Shown piece after piece: positions 1 through 15,920 of a stretch of DNA of 64,000 nucleotides. The notes beneath the pieces were generated by a model that worked only from the letters and a program-made list of their open reading frames with translations, was not told where the DNA came from and ran no database searches. This DNA is from the human T2T-CHM13v2.0 reference genome, Homo sapiens: assembly GCF_009914755.1 (NCBI RefSeq), contig NC_060928.1; one strand, written 5' to 3'. How positions within the stretch are numbered: position 1 is the first letter of the stretch; the number at the start of each line of letters is the position of its first letter. The position numbers were made by a program, and so were the translations under genes.

Positions 1-96
1 CTACTGAATCAGAAACTCTGAGGGTGAGACCAAGCAACCTGTGATTTCATAAGCCCTATAGCGATATTAAGGCACACTAAAGTTTGAGAATCACTG
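1..96. mobile_element. MER5A-like hAT-Charlie DNA transposon fragment (cut by window edge)
   Basis: CTACTGAATCAGAAACTCTG...CTAAAGTTTGAGAATCACTG resembles the recalled MER5A consensus end. Confidence 0.75.
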
Positions 97-821
97 CTCT
101 AATCTAGTATACTAAGCTTTAAAGTGGTGTTTCATAAAAATAAGATGAGACTTTAATACTACTAATTCAGCCTTCATTACTTTTCACAGGAAATGTCTGC
201 AAGGACACTTAGAAGCAGGTGAAATTTATCTTTTTGTGGCTTTAGGGCAGCCAGAAAGGGGCATACCATCTCCTTCCTCCTTCCTCCTTCCTCCCAACCA
301 ATCATTTTGCTGAGATTTTTGGTTTTGATGTGTTTTCACTTTGCCACCTCTTGAGACAATCAAAGTTGGAGTACATTTCCTTGGGCTGAGTTAGCAGTTC
401 CTAGCTAGAATACGATTTCTATTAAATCTTCACCCTATTACCTTTAAGCAGCTTAACAGTGTCATTAATTACTATAAAGTCCAGGCTGAAGATTTTTAAA
501 GAAATTGTAATCTTATAGCTTATTAGCTGTTTCAGGTTAGAAATACTAACATGTCCTATATAAATACTTGTACTTTTTAATATTTGTCATAATAGAATAA
601 TATATGGCTTTAAACTAGACATTGAAAAATAGAAGAGACCTCTGGAAATTGAAATTAGTTTCCCAAAAGTCTTTTATAATCAGCACCCTCCACATAGAAG
701 CATTTAGATAAAGGACAAAAAACCATCAAAAGATATAAATAATTTTTAACTTATATAAAGCATAAGTTATTAAATCTCTACATCACCATGAGTTGCTATT
801 CAATGCCTTTGGCCTCAGTGA

Positions 822-1242
<421 letters not shown>

Positions 1243-1488
1243 TAATTTACAAGCAGATGCTTCCTTTTGTGTCTGAAGCTGGGATGCTAATAAAAATATT
1301 TCATATTGTTTCAAGGCTTCTCAGAGTTTAGCAATAGTTGAGCCTCTTCCATTTTTTGAGATTCTCAGTATTTATGTAAATAGTAATAACAGAAATGCCA
1401 AAGGTGGTTACAAAAACTGTAGTATATCCCAAAAGGTTAAACTAAACATAATCAATTGATCCTATTAAAAAAATATTGCACAAGTTCA

Positions 1489-1835
<347 letters not shown>

Positions 1836-3000
1836 TCATTTGGAGATGACTCTATTTGAAGTGCTTCACAAATGTCTGGCCCTGAATCAGATGGCCTTCT
1901 CCACCTCTACTTGGGCACTGCCACAGTGTTAGACTAAATAGGAATACCTCTCTGGAGGAAAATTTTTCGCTGGCCTTAATGTCCCTGGGTTAGGAACAGA
2001 AGATTGGAAGGGAGGGCTACAGGGGGCAATGGTTGGCCCTGATGTCTGTCCCTTCTTACCTCTCTGCTGGGCACGCAGCCCAGGAGTGAAAGGAAATATA
2101 GGCAACATATCAATCTGCTATTACACTGGCTTAGACGACATATGTGTGCAGATGAGGACTTCTCTAATAGAGGTGTAAGATTTGAGGATCTCATAGGAAA
2201 AGACAGCATGATCCTAAGCTGTTTGTAATTCCAGATGGATGGTTGGAAGGAGCAGTAGCTGGTAAAGGTAACAACTCTCCCAAAAACAATGAGAAATTTG
2301 ATTATGTCTCCTATCCATCTTAGCTGAAGAAAACCCCAAAATACAGTCATAAGAATAGTAAGTATCTTATTTTGTAGAAGAAGTTTTTCTGGTTTTGTGT
2401 TTTTGTGCAGAGGAGGTAGAAAAAGAAAAGAAAAAGTGAATATCATTTCTGAATCTGCCTACATTCCCTGAAACATTTAGGAATTTATGAATTCATGAAT
2501 CTTGTCTATTCTCTGAAATCTTGTAGAAGAGCCTGACCTCCTACAGCTATATCAATATAAGCGACTGAAGGGCAGAGAGTGGTCCTGCTTTTCTTTTTTC
2601 AATATTATTGTATTCCCAGAGCCATTTAGTAGGTGTTCAATAATTTTTTTGATTACTAAAATGATGAATGCATGGCTGCTCGGAAGACAGAGCAGGCTCT
2701 CTCTTGGGTAAGGAGTACATAGAAAAATAAATGTGGGTTCTTAAAATTCTTAAAAGGCACAAGACTTCCAGGGAACACTCCAACTAAAAAATAAATAAAA
2801 CCAATCTAATACATGTTACTTGGCCAAAGAATTCTAGCATCCTGACATTTTTGTGGGCTTCCAGAAGGAGCAATTGGTTCAGTCACATCTGTAACCCCTC
2901 CATCACATAGAACAAAAAGGATATATAACTTCCTGATTTTAAAACACAATTCCAACTAACCCTTTCAGGACATTGGGTTCTAATTGAAGGTCTTGAACTA

Positions 3001-3910
<910 letters not shown>

Positions 3911-4144
3911 AAGTATCATTAGTAGACCCCACTTAATACAATTCACATGTTAGTGGAACCAAATGAAATTTTTAAAAATATATATCATTCGATTCACACT
4001 TCTAATCAAACTATAGTTCTGGAGAGGGTAACCTCACACCTTGAATCCAAAATATCTCTTCAGTTGCTGGCCTTCCACTTGTCTTCAGGAGCTGAAACAC
4101 ATGGCATTTGAAAAAAACTGGCGAACAGAGGAAACTCTTGCAGC

Positions 4145-4915
4145 CTCGCAGCCGCCCTGGTCCAGTGCCAACGGCAGGAGCACCACAGGAAGGGACCGCG
4201 CGGGTGCGCCCCACCCTTCCAGCGTCGCCTCGGGGACTCGCACCCCTTTCCCTGGCCGCACAAGACGTTTCATCCTTGGCGGCCGCCGCCAACCCGCCGG
4301 GAGGGGCGGTCGGAACTGGCAGGCCGGGGCGGAACCCCCGGGGTCTCCTTGTCGAGGCCCGGGCAGCCAGATCCTCAGGGCCGGTCCGGGCGGGAGCCCG
4401 GTCGATGGAGGCGGCTCCCGTCCTCAGCTCCCGCTCCCTCCCCTTCCCCGGGGCGGGCGCGCGCGGGCCGGGAGCTGGGAGGCGGCGGCTCCCGCCCGGG
4501 AGGCGGTGGCGAGGGCGGCGGAGGCGCGGCCGGGCGGGTCCCAGGGCCGTGGTTCTCCAGCGCAGGAGTCCCCGGCGCACCCGCTGCGCTCGCCCCGCAG
4601 CCGCAGCCTGAGCGGCCGAAGTCGCCACCAGCTGTGTCCGCGCAGATCCCGGGCGCGGAGGGGAGAGGTCGCCCGCTTGTCGCCCCCGCCGGACCCCGGG
4701 CACCGCGTAGCACCCAAGCGCCACCCGGACGAGGGGCCCTGGGGAGCGGCTGAGGCCGAAGACCCGAGGGAAGGAGGAGCCCGCGGACGGCTGCAGCCCC
4801 AGGTAATCTCCATGGAGGACGGGGCCGGTCTCCTCGCCCAGAAACCCGATCCGGGCGCCTTGGAATGCGGACTCCAGAGGCGGCATCTCGACCAGACAAG
4901 TTTCTCGCGGCTTGG
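4145..4915 (+). promoter_or_regulatory. NDST3: CpG island / NDST3 promoter with GC boxes
   Basis: Very GC- and CpG-rich block in an AT-rich window; GGGGCGG Sp/KLF boxes near 4304, 4326 and 4450; followed by + strand splice donors and the NDST3 coding exon. Confidence 0.9.
4500..4802 (+). other. NDST3: Candidate non-coding first exon 1a (start approximate)
   Basis: Donor CAG|GTAATC after 4802 at the 3' side of the CpG island; TSS cannot be read from sequence. Confidence 0.55.
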
Positions 4916-5224
4916 AATGAGGGAGTCCTGAAACCGACACTCGTTTTATTTAACCAGCTTTTTTCTCCTGTTTTAAATAAGTTTATTTAGACAATGGAAA
5001 GAAAAAAACAAACAGCCTCTTGAGTGACTGTGGGTTTGTAAATATAATCCTAAAAGTTTTTCATGGTGTGGTTATTTGCTTGCTCATATTTATTAACCTG
5101 TTAACTCTTCCGCTAGTCAGAAAATTGACATGTAAAATATTCTTTGAGGAACGTTACAAGTTTGCTGTTGTATTCGGGCATCCTGTTATTCATCAGCTTA
5201 GTTAGCATCTGTCTTCCCCCGAAG

Positions 5225-5483
5225 TGGTACCAAAGCCGGTCCCTTGGCGACGGGTCTTGCATGTGACACTCTTGCCCTCTAGTGCCTCACCAGCTTGGTA
5301 GCAGTTTGATGGCTAATATTAATAAGATGTTACATAACATGAGAGTACTGGGCCAGGACTGGTGTTGCTACCACTTGTAAAGTCAAAAAGCCTGAGCCGA
5401 TGGTAACGAGTGGTACTGTTTCCGTTTCTTTTCCATCTATTGCAACTTTCTCAAGCATTTTCAGCTCTGAACTTTAATTCCAG
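5225..5483 (+). other. NDST3: Non-coding 5'UTR exon 1b (start approximate)
   Basis: Perfect consensus donor CAG|GTAAGT after 5483, just downstream of the CpG island; possible acceptor TCTTCCCCCGAAG| ending at 5224. Confidence 0.75.
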
Positions 5484-8184
5484 GTAAGTGTATTTATTTA
5501 TTTATACTGTGCATTAATGCCTCACTCATAAATGTAGGGGCTTTTAAGAGATAACAACTTTGCTTTCAAATAATCTAAAAATTTCAAGATTGAACAAGTG
5601 CTTCATTTTATTCTTGAAGAAGAAATATAGAGTATTTTGATTAAATTAAGTGAAACAAAGGACCGTCTCATTCAGGGATGATTTTAAAGCTTCCCTTTCA
5701 TAAGATTATGGTACTAAAGAAATGACCTCTTGTAATTGTTTAAGATATTCACCAACTTATAATGATTCTGAAGTAGATCTGTTTAACAGAACACATGTCT
5801 GTTGCCTTGACAGAATTTTGTAAGGAATATCAGAGACTTTAAACTACCTGCCTATCTACACAGTAATGATCCTCAAAAGGCTTTCTATTTGATGCAGTTT
5901 ATAGACATTATTTAAAACTATACAATTAATAAAATTAAATGGAAATGGAAAGAATCAATCTAGGTATCAAATACAGAAACTTTAAATTTAAAGAAAACAG
6001 ATATATCTTCTATTTAATATATCCATTTTGTGGGGGCAGGTAAAAGCAAAGTTACATCTTTAAGGGGTTTACTCAGATCCTTTTTCAAATAGTTTTTCTA
6101 ATAGCTGGATACTGTTTAAGCATCAGAGTTATTTAATGTCGAAAATGTATTAGTATCTATATTCTTTATAAACATATTGAAATATAGCAACATGTAATCT
6201 GGAAGAGTTTAGAAGAAAACCCTTCTAGACAATGCAAACAGCTACATTCTTAATACATTTGTATTAAATTAAAATACAAATCAAATATTGAGATGTGTGC
6301 AACTGATCTGGGACACACACTTTTTTTTTGTTTTTTTTTTTTGCCCTTAGAAAATTTCATGTTATCAACTACTGAGCAATGCTGTTCACCACCAGAGAGC
6401 AGGATGATATGGCAGAGAAACTCTAGAATATCCGATATTCAGCTGAAGGGAATTTTTTTCCCTTTTTCTTCATCCATACCTTCCTATCAATATTATATTT
6501 AAGATGGAGATTTCAAATATAAGTTTGAAGGAGGCTCCTTTTTAAAATAGTACTGAACATATAAAGAGGCTTGCCTAAGATAAGCTCTTTTTTTTCTTTC
6601 TCTGGTTAACACAGTATCTACCATTTCTAATTTTGTTATCATTTTTCTTTATCATCTTGATGGTAAAACAGAAGATTTGTTTCTTTGTGTAAATAATGTT
6701 AATTTTGAGCTTGTCACATGAGTTAATTTTCTTCATAGTCTTTAAAATGAAGAATTCTTACATTACTAAAATGTTTTAGATAAAATAAAACTTTTATCTC
6801 TTTCTGGAGATATTTGTTATAGTTTAGTTTGGTGGAGTTATATATACCCTCTTTTTAAATTAATTTTCTTGAGAAAAGCATTATTTCTGAACATTGAGGC
6901 AAATATTAATTTTTGGTGTAACTGAAAAGTTTGTTAAAAAATATATAGTAGAAGAGATAATCAGGCATTGGAGATTCTTTTTCTAAACCATATATTCTGC
7001 TAAAGAAGTTATTATAAGCTAAAATGTAAATATGTAATTGTCTACCTGTCATTTCAAAATTTTAAAACTGTAAAGAAATTACAATTTTTTTTCTTTTAAT
7101 CTTGGGACTCTGATTATATGACTTCCTTGAAACCTGATTGAGTTTCAGCTGCTTTTTGGTGATTAGAGCCTTAAAAGTGCATTTGTTAAGATGCAAAATA
7201 TATTTTTTTAAACTATATGTAAATACTTTGTGATTTATATACACTATAAAATCAGGGAAATTGAATTAAGGATAAAAACACTATTCTCAACTAAATGAAT
7301 GCCTTGAATTTCTAATTGCTTAACAGTTCTGACAGTAAGGGAAAACAGTAGAAGTTTACTTTCCCTGTGCTGTGTCTATTATAAATGAGCATTCACACTG
7401 AAATGCATGAACTCTGAACACCTGTCCAGATTAGGAATGCTGCCAGGCCACAAAAGTAACGACCTACATTATAAAGATAATTAGTCTGAACAATCCTCAA
7501 AACTATTTCATGACTGAAGTTTCTCGTAAAGGGGTGATTTTAATATTTCTTGGTTTGTCTGTTTGTTTATAGTAAAAAACTATACTCTTAGATACCTGGA
7601 TATCACAGTGAGTGATTTATTCTTTCATGTTACTCTAAACATTTTCATCGATTTCATGTAAGTTACAGGACAAGAAAAAAAAAGTAGTCAGGACCTACTA
7701 CAATTAATTAATGTCTATAAGAAATTATTTCCCCAAATCTTCTACAAATTACTGAGGGCTATAATTCTTGATTACCTGTTGCCAAATAAGAGCTTAAAAA
7801 TCAATTATTGCAGTCCTATCCTAAAACCTTTAAGCATCTCAATTATGGGTATCCATTTTACATGTGTTTCATTGCTGAATTTTTTTTTTTCATTAAAATA
7901 TTTGAAAATAACATGAAAGTAGACCTAAATTCTAGGACTGGCTCTGCCAAGACAGGAGTGGCCTTGAACAGCTCCCTTGCTGGCTCTGGGGCTTGGTTTC
8001 TTCACCTGAAAAATGAGGATTCCAGAGACCCTTTTTTATCCTGTTTGTTCAACATTTTAGAAATTGATCTGGAGGCCAGGACGAAGATAGATGAGAAAAC
8101 ATCAGTGAATAATACAAAATTTAACTTGGTGATAAGTACTATTGTCTAGATTTCTGCTAAGTAGAGATGTTACAGTTTTTACTC

Positions 8185-8415
8185 ATAGAATAGTTACCTT
8201 GTACCAGGCACTGTTCTACTTTACATATTAATTTTTAGCTCATATAATCTTCACAAAGATTATTTAAGGTAAATATTATTCCTGTTTCACAAATGAGGAA
8301 ATTGAGGCACTGAGCGGTTACCTACCTGCCTAAGATCACATCCCTGGCAAGTGCTGAAGCTGGTATGCAGTTTGAGTCCGGCTCCAGCACACATTCCTTT
8401 AACCGTTATACTACA
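8185..8415 (-). mobile_element. MIR SINE
   Basis: Core AAATGAGGAAATTGAGGCAC...GCCTAAGATCACA. Confidence 0.75.
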
Positions 8416-10304
8416 TTGTCTCTCTATAGGTTTCAAATATTTGTTCTTGATATGCCTCTTGATGGAACAGAGGTAATCCATATACCACTCCAACAATTTC
8501 CATCACTTCCCTTACATATGAAATACTCATTCATTCACCCAGGAGGTATTTACTAAGCATCTACTTTTGCACCAGGCATAAAGGAGTCCACAGGACAATT
8601 AAATGTGGTGCCTTCCCTAGCTAAGTATATACAGTCTAGTTCAGGTGATTTCTTTCTCCTCTTTTGCTACTGCTGTTAGGTTGAGTCTCACTTGTTCTAA
8701 AATGTGCCCAAGGTAACAGAAGAATAATTTACCTGACGCCTTTATTGATGTGTCCATAGAATAGAGAGTAATAGAACCTTCAACCTCCTCAAGACTCCCT
8801 ATATCATATTTTTTCATTATTCGTTTCTACTCTTTTTGCATCATCTTCTCTCTGCAGATTGGCTGTCTTTCCTTATCTGGTTCATGTAACCTGCCCTAAA
8901 ACATAGCCAACACTGATCTGTAACTTTACATCTAATGGTCCAGGCAACCAATGAGAGGCCAGGTTAACACTCTCTTGTTCCCATGAGTCTAATGAAGGAC
9001 AAAGAAAAGGTTTGGATTAGACCCTAAAAGCTGCATTGTCAGCACTCACATATGTCATATGTGAGCATGTGTGACAGAATATGTCAGCGTATTTTGATGC
9101 ATGCATTCTGGTCCAATCTTAGAGGGTAAAGGCAGACATTTTCCCCCTTAAGTCATATAGGGCAGAATAAACAGCAAACAGCAGTGGGGTAGTTTTCTTC
9201 TCTTGCATCACTGGATGGCATAACACTGAGGGAGGTGAATAAAACATATTCTTCTCTTCATAATTTCTAATACAAAGATGGAGGGAGAATGATAATAGAA
9301 AGTCATTTTCCATTTAATGTACCAAACAAAGCTAATGCCCTCAAGTGCAGCTTTTCTCCCATCCATCTTTTAAAAATTGCAGTTCTAGAGACAGAGTGTA
9401 TTCTTGGTCATACTCCATGTAAATCAGCTTCTTACTTGCCTACCACAGCAGGGTTTAATTAACATGACACAATTTCACACATTCTTTCCCAAAGAAAAGC
9501 TTGCCCTTGTCAATTTTTATTATTATTACTAAATTACTTTTAGCAAGTCCATGTAACATATTTGAGGCCTCCCACTGCATTTTTCAACATTATAAAATAT
9601 AGTTTTATAGTTCATTCCTTTTTCAGAAAAAGGAATATTGTCAGGATCTTTTAAATATCTTTCATTTATGTTAGAACCTGAAGCTCTTTAGTTATTAATA
9701 CTCATTTTCCAGATGGTAATCTTTTTTCACTTTTCTTGTACTGCCAACTTTAACATGATTCTATTTCATTTAGAAATTGATTTTTACTTTGGGATGATGG
9801 TGGGTGTTAGTGGAAGAGAAAAGATAGGTTACATTGACAAGCAGGCACTTCCCCTTGCAGATATTGCAATACTTTGCAGAATATATGTTTGTATATATTG
9901 AGTTCTTTCACTATGTTATGGAATTGTCTGTGATTCCAAAAACTAATTGCTTCTTCTGCCTTTTGTTAATGGTAAATAATTAATGGTTAATATTTGCTTG
10001 GTGGAGTCTTTTTAAAAACAGATGCATTGCAAAGCAACTCTATTCATGCTGAATTCTGAAAAATCTCAGAATGGAAAAAATAAGTAATTGAGTAAATTTC
10101 AGTGAAAAGCACATTCTGGATATGCCTGATTTATGGCTCTGATCAAGGTGGTCACTGCTATTCACAATGTTTATATTATTGCCTTGACTGTTTGAGGCCA
10201 GTGTGACTGATGAAGGTAGCTGTTCATAGAAGATGGTTTGACTTAAATACTGCCCTAGTTTGTGAGTGCCAGCTGCTATTTGTAAAATTTAGTAGAGGCC
10301 TTTT

Positions 10305-11300
10305 TTCACTCATTCAACAAATATTCAATGGGCTATTCTCACTTCAAGTACTCTATTAGACATTAAAAATATAGAAGTGAACAGGACAAGTACTTACAGA
10401 TGCTTCCAAGCTATGGAGAAAAATTGCATAACTAATTATAACAGAAAATCACATAACTAATTATAACTTTGGAACATACTACAGAGGTAAAGTAGAGAGT
10501 GATGTGAGAATGTGTAACAGGGAGGCCTGACAGATAAGGGGGATCAGGGAAGACTTTTGTGAGGCAGGGATATATATACTTAGAACCATAGGATTTGGAA
10601 GATGAAACCAGATGGGGAAGTGGAGAAAAAACTTTCAGACAAAGGTAGCAGCATGTGGAAAGACCCTGAGACAGAAAAGAGATTATCTCTTTTGGGAACT
10701 GAAAGAGGACCCACTTGCCTGGAACTTAGAAGGGAGAGCATCATCTAACCAGGCCTGAGAGATAAAAGTGGGAAGCATACCACACAGGGTCTTGTGGGAC
10801 ATGTACAAGAATATGAATTTTAACCAGCAAGTAAAATAAGCAATCATTGACAGGATCTCAGCTGGAAAGAAGTAACAGAGTTCCACTTTGATGCTGCATT
10901 GAGAAAATGGTAGAAGGAGCCAAGAACATTTGTGGTGAGATTAGTTGCTGCAAGTAAAAGAAGGTGTTAAGGATGCACGTAGGTGATTGTGGGACCATGA
11001 GGATGGTTTTAGCGGAAAGATCATAAATTCAGTTTTAGACAGGTTAAGTTTGCTTGTGACATGATTCTAGTGGAGCCAAATAGTGGCTGGAATATAATAA
11101 GAAAGGGCACAGTCTATGTGAGTTGTTGTTGCTATTATATCAAGTTGATAGTTCAATATAAAATCCTAGAGCTTAGAGGAAGGAGGTCTGAGTTATGAAT
11201 GAACATTCAGAATTTACTAGAGTGTAGATGATAATGAAAACCAAGAAGTATATGAGCTCATCTAAGGAAAGGGGGAGGGGTGAAAAGAAGCCCAAGGACA
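10305..11300 (-). mobile_element. L2 LINE 3' fragment (degraded)
   Basis: TTCACTCATTCAACAAATATT tail followed by purine-rich L2-like sequence; right boundary approximate. Confidence 0.6.
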
Positions 11301-11451
11301 TGGTGCTGGTTATGCCTCTGATTGAGCCTCTTTCTTTCTTTCTTCTAAGATCCATCCGACTTTAGATCTCTGCACTAAGGGTGGGCTTATGTGCTTCCCA
11401 CAACTCTACTTAAGCTAAAATGCTCATAGCTATCCCTTTATGAACCCTTAG

Positions 11452-12060
<609 letters not shown>

Positions 12061-13755
12061 TAGCATGGAAGGATCGTGTTGCAGTTATCTTCCCAGGTGT
12101 ATGGTATCTTTGATGCAGGCTGTTGGAGTTCATATTTCAGTTCTACCTCTACTAGCTGTGACATCATGGGCAGGTTACTTCACCTCTAAAGGGTCCAACA
12201 CAATTTCAGTACCTATGTAAATGTTTATTAATATTAGCTGCATTACTATTGTTATTCTATATCTTCCCATATCATATTATTTCCTTCAGGGTGCCTTATA
12301 GGAAATCTTGATGATGTGTTGACATTTATAACTGATCCAACTTTGTAACTTTCTCGAACCTAACTATTTCAGAATGCCTGTCTAAGTGATCTGTTGATTT
12401 TCAAAATTTAAAATACAGTTTCCTGATCAGTCAGCATAGTCCTCATCATAGGTTGAATTCGGAGCAGAATTCAACCACAACTGTCAGTTCTGTACTGCTG
12501 ATCAAGACAGTTGTGTCTGTGGGAACTCTCTGACATGCAGGCTAGTGTGCTTGTTCTGTACTTATTCAGAGTACCCTACTGACCATGCAAAAGTCTTCAA
12601 TTTTCTATGTATTTTTGTGCAAGCATTTCACGAACATATTCATCACTATACTGAAATGTTTACATGTTGATCTTGTTGGCCTTTAAAAGTGTTTTCATCT
12701 CATTTCTTTTTGAAAAATTTGAAAAATTACTGGGAAAAAACATGAGCCCTATGCCCTTGGAAATTTCAGTCTAACAAGGAAGACAGACATTAGACAAATA
12801 ATATTGTTAATAATATTTCATAAGAGTTATGATAAAGTCTCCAAAGGGAGCCTCATCTAAAGGGGAAGAATACAGTTGGTCAGCAAAGGCTTCCCTGAGG
12901 AATTGGGTTTTTGTAGCACATTCAGACGTGCCTGTAACCTGTCAATTCCAAAGATTTTCTTGACATTTTGTATTTGTCTACATCCAACTATGTTATATAA
13001 CATTGTGATTTTGTTATCTAATCATGTATAACTTAGTCCATCTATCTATCTGAATCTGAAGTGTGCATCACTGAGTCAAGCCAATTTCCCCTCTTAGTTT
13101 TATGTTTCTATTATACTGGCATCTTTATCTTCTAGTCCCCAAGACTGCTACCTCCCCCAACCATAATTTAACAGTAAGCATGTTTTTTTTCTTCTTTCTT
13201 CCCAAATATCTCTCATTTCCATTCTCTCTCAAAACCACCTTAGTCTGGACCTATACCACCTCACACATGGATTACAGCAGCAGCCCCTTAGCTGGGACTG
13301 TCTTGACTCTGCCTACTTCTTCACTCTGCACAGTGTGGCATGTTCTCTCTCTGTTCATATTACTGCTGTTCATCATTCTGGGTGTCACTACTACACTAAT
13401 CATCTGTAAACACTGTCTTTATCAAATCCCTCTGTTCAAATGCACCCAATGCTCTTTATTTTCAAGCTCATACTCTTGTACTTCACAATCACTTTCAAGG
13501 ACATTCATTAATCTGCACCACTCTTTTAATCAAATATTATTTCCATTTTCAACCCCAAACATAGTATCCTATATTTTAGTTAATTTCACTCTGAGCTAAG
13601 CACATTGTAACCATTTCATTTCTTCAACCTTGCCAGGGAGTTTTGCCTGACATGTTGTCCCCATCCTCATATCCAAACCCAGTGCATCATGGCATGTCAC
13701 TTTCAAGCACCATGTCTCTTAGAAACTGCCACTGACTTTACTAAGCTTCACTAAT

Positions 13756-13790
13756 CTCTCTCTCTTTCTCTCTGTCTCTCTCTCTCTCTT
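13756..13790. repeat. (CT)n microsatellite, interrupted
   Basis: TCTCTCTCTCTTTCTCTCTGTCTCTCTCTCTCTC. Confidence 0.85.
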
Positions 13791-15544
13791 CTGAAACCTG
13801 TAACAGATAGTCTATACTGCATAAATCACTATTTATTATGTACAACATACTGTTGGCTGCTGTCTCACAAGTCTCATTTCCCTTAATAGAGTCCATTATC
13901 TAGGGGAAAGGATTATTCCTAATATCCTAATATACTTCCGTGGTGTCCACAGTATTTACTACAGCACTAATTCCAAAGTAGGTGTTCAGTAAATACCTGA
14001 TCACTAATTGCATAATGATAAGTATTTTTGGTGGGTGAAGGTTTTATCTACCATAGATATTATGATATTAAATTTATCCCATGTTGGGATGCTATGATTA
14101 CATTAACTTAACATTGAATGAAATAGTTATTTGTAACTTCAAAAGATAAGTTAAAGCATTAGAATACAGTAAAAGTGTCAAATTAACCTACAGGTGTAAG
14201 ATGCCATTGTATTCCATTAATTCCACAAAAAGTCATTGCTCCTGGCACAAGTGGTGCAATGATAGGCAAAAGAAAGGTACTATCTCTACCCTCTTGGAGC
14301 TTCCAGGCATACAGAAAGTCTGACTTTAAACAAAATTTTAATTATGGCAATAAGTACAAAGGAGATGCTCTTTTCACAAAGACCATGTATACCCACTGGT
14401 CTTACCAAGTTTGAAAAGTCAGAGAAGGCACCACAGGGCAATTGTGGCGAGGAGCTTAATTTTCCATATTCATCCATCTGCATGATGCCTCACAAGTGAA
14501 GGGCTCAGGTGAAGTCTGTAACTTTGCCTTTGCCTACTGCTACGGTGCCACCTTCCACAGGAGGAGTGACAGCAACAGGTCAGTCCATCCTGAAGTTTTC
14601 AGAGCTAACAGAAACATGGAAGAGAATGGGAAGTAGCTGTCCTTGGATGAGTTTGTAGTATGAATAGAAAGCTCTGAGAATCTGCACCAGAGACTGAAGT
14701 TGGCATGGCAAAGTGAGATGTGCAATTGAAAAAGGTTTGCAGAAAACAGGAGAATTTTAATGTATGCATTTAAATATGTTAGACCAATTCCTCAGGGACG
14801 TGCACTGGAATTTTTTCTTTAGCTTCAGAAGGAAACTTGAAGAGCTTAATAGAAAAGAAATGTCCTTCAGCATTTTATAATGGCTTACAGAGAAAATAAC
14901 TTTGATAGATTCCTAATATCTGTCCTAAACAGTGAGAGCAAATACTCTTCACCACTCTGCCTCATCACAGATAAGAATTGTATAAGTTACATGCCTTTCA
15001 CTTTTGACAAAGGGGACAAATTGTAAAATGCTGCTATCTAAAATGGAAAATGTAGCAATACATTTTATGTCTAGTCAAAAACACCTCACAGGTAAAATTG
15101 AAACGTAGAAATGGGAGGATATGAGATTTTGTATTCTGCTGTTATGCTCCAGAATATTATAGTCATAAGAACGTACATAACTGTAAAAGCGCAATTACTT
15201 ATCAAAATGAAATAACTATAATTACAATGAAAACTCTGTTGTCCAGGTAAATTTTTATTTGCTTAAATATCATCTGTATCTATACCAGAGCATTTAAAAG
15301 AGACCTCACATGGCATGCCAAGTTCTTGTCCCCCTTTCTCTGCAGTGTTTGTAAGATTTGTCCCTTCCCTACAATTCTCCCTCACCTATGATGATTAACA
15401 GTTTACGACTACATTGTGAGAAATGAGACTGCACTGGCGTGCCAGATCAACTCTGTAAGATTGCTCTATGATATTCTCCATGTTATTAATTCTTGTCCCA
15501 GAAAAATCTGTTATGTTATCCCCCTAATCAAGAAAGTTGTGTGT

Positions 15545-15920
15545 CTCTAACAGAATATCACAGACTGGATAATTTATAAACATTAACAATTTATATGGCT
15601 CACAGTTCTGGAGATTTGGAAGTCTAAGAGCATGGTGCTGGCATCTGGTGAGGGCCTTCTTACTGTGTCATCTCATGGTGGAAGGTTGAAGGGCAAGACA
15701 GCATGCACAAAGGGGCAAGAGAGCAAGAGCCAGCCAAACTTGCTTTTATGACACTCTTGAGATAAGTAACCTGCTCCCAAGATAATGACATTTATCTATT
15801 CATGAGGGCAGACCCCTCATGACCTACTCACTTCTTCTTAGGCCCCACCTCCCAACACTGTTGCATTGGGAATTAAATTTCCAGCACACAAACTTTGGCG
15901 GACACATACAAACCATAAGA
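15545..15920 (-). mobile_element. MaLR solo LTR (MSTC/MSTD/MLT1A-like)
   Basis: GCTCACAGTTCTGGAG...GGCCCCACCTCCCAACAC...CAAACCATAAGA MaLR LTR motifs. Confidence 0.8.

Noticed and set aside
678-700. REST/RE1-like TCAGCACC (also ~59522)
   Set aside because: Left half only; the GGACAG right half is missing
4011-4940. Long overlapping ORFs (up to 309 aa) on both strands
   Set aside because: Arg/Gly/Pro/Ala-rich products expected from stop-codon scarcity in a CpG island; mostly non-ATG starts; no recognisable domain
13102-13599. 165-aa hydrophobic ORF
   Set aside because: Pyrimidine-rich, L2-like degraded sequence; no recognisable protein family or exon structure
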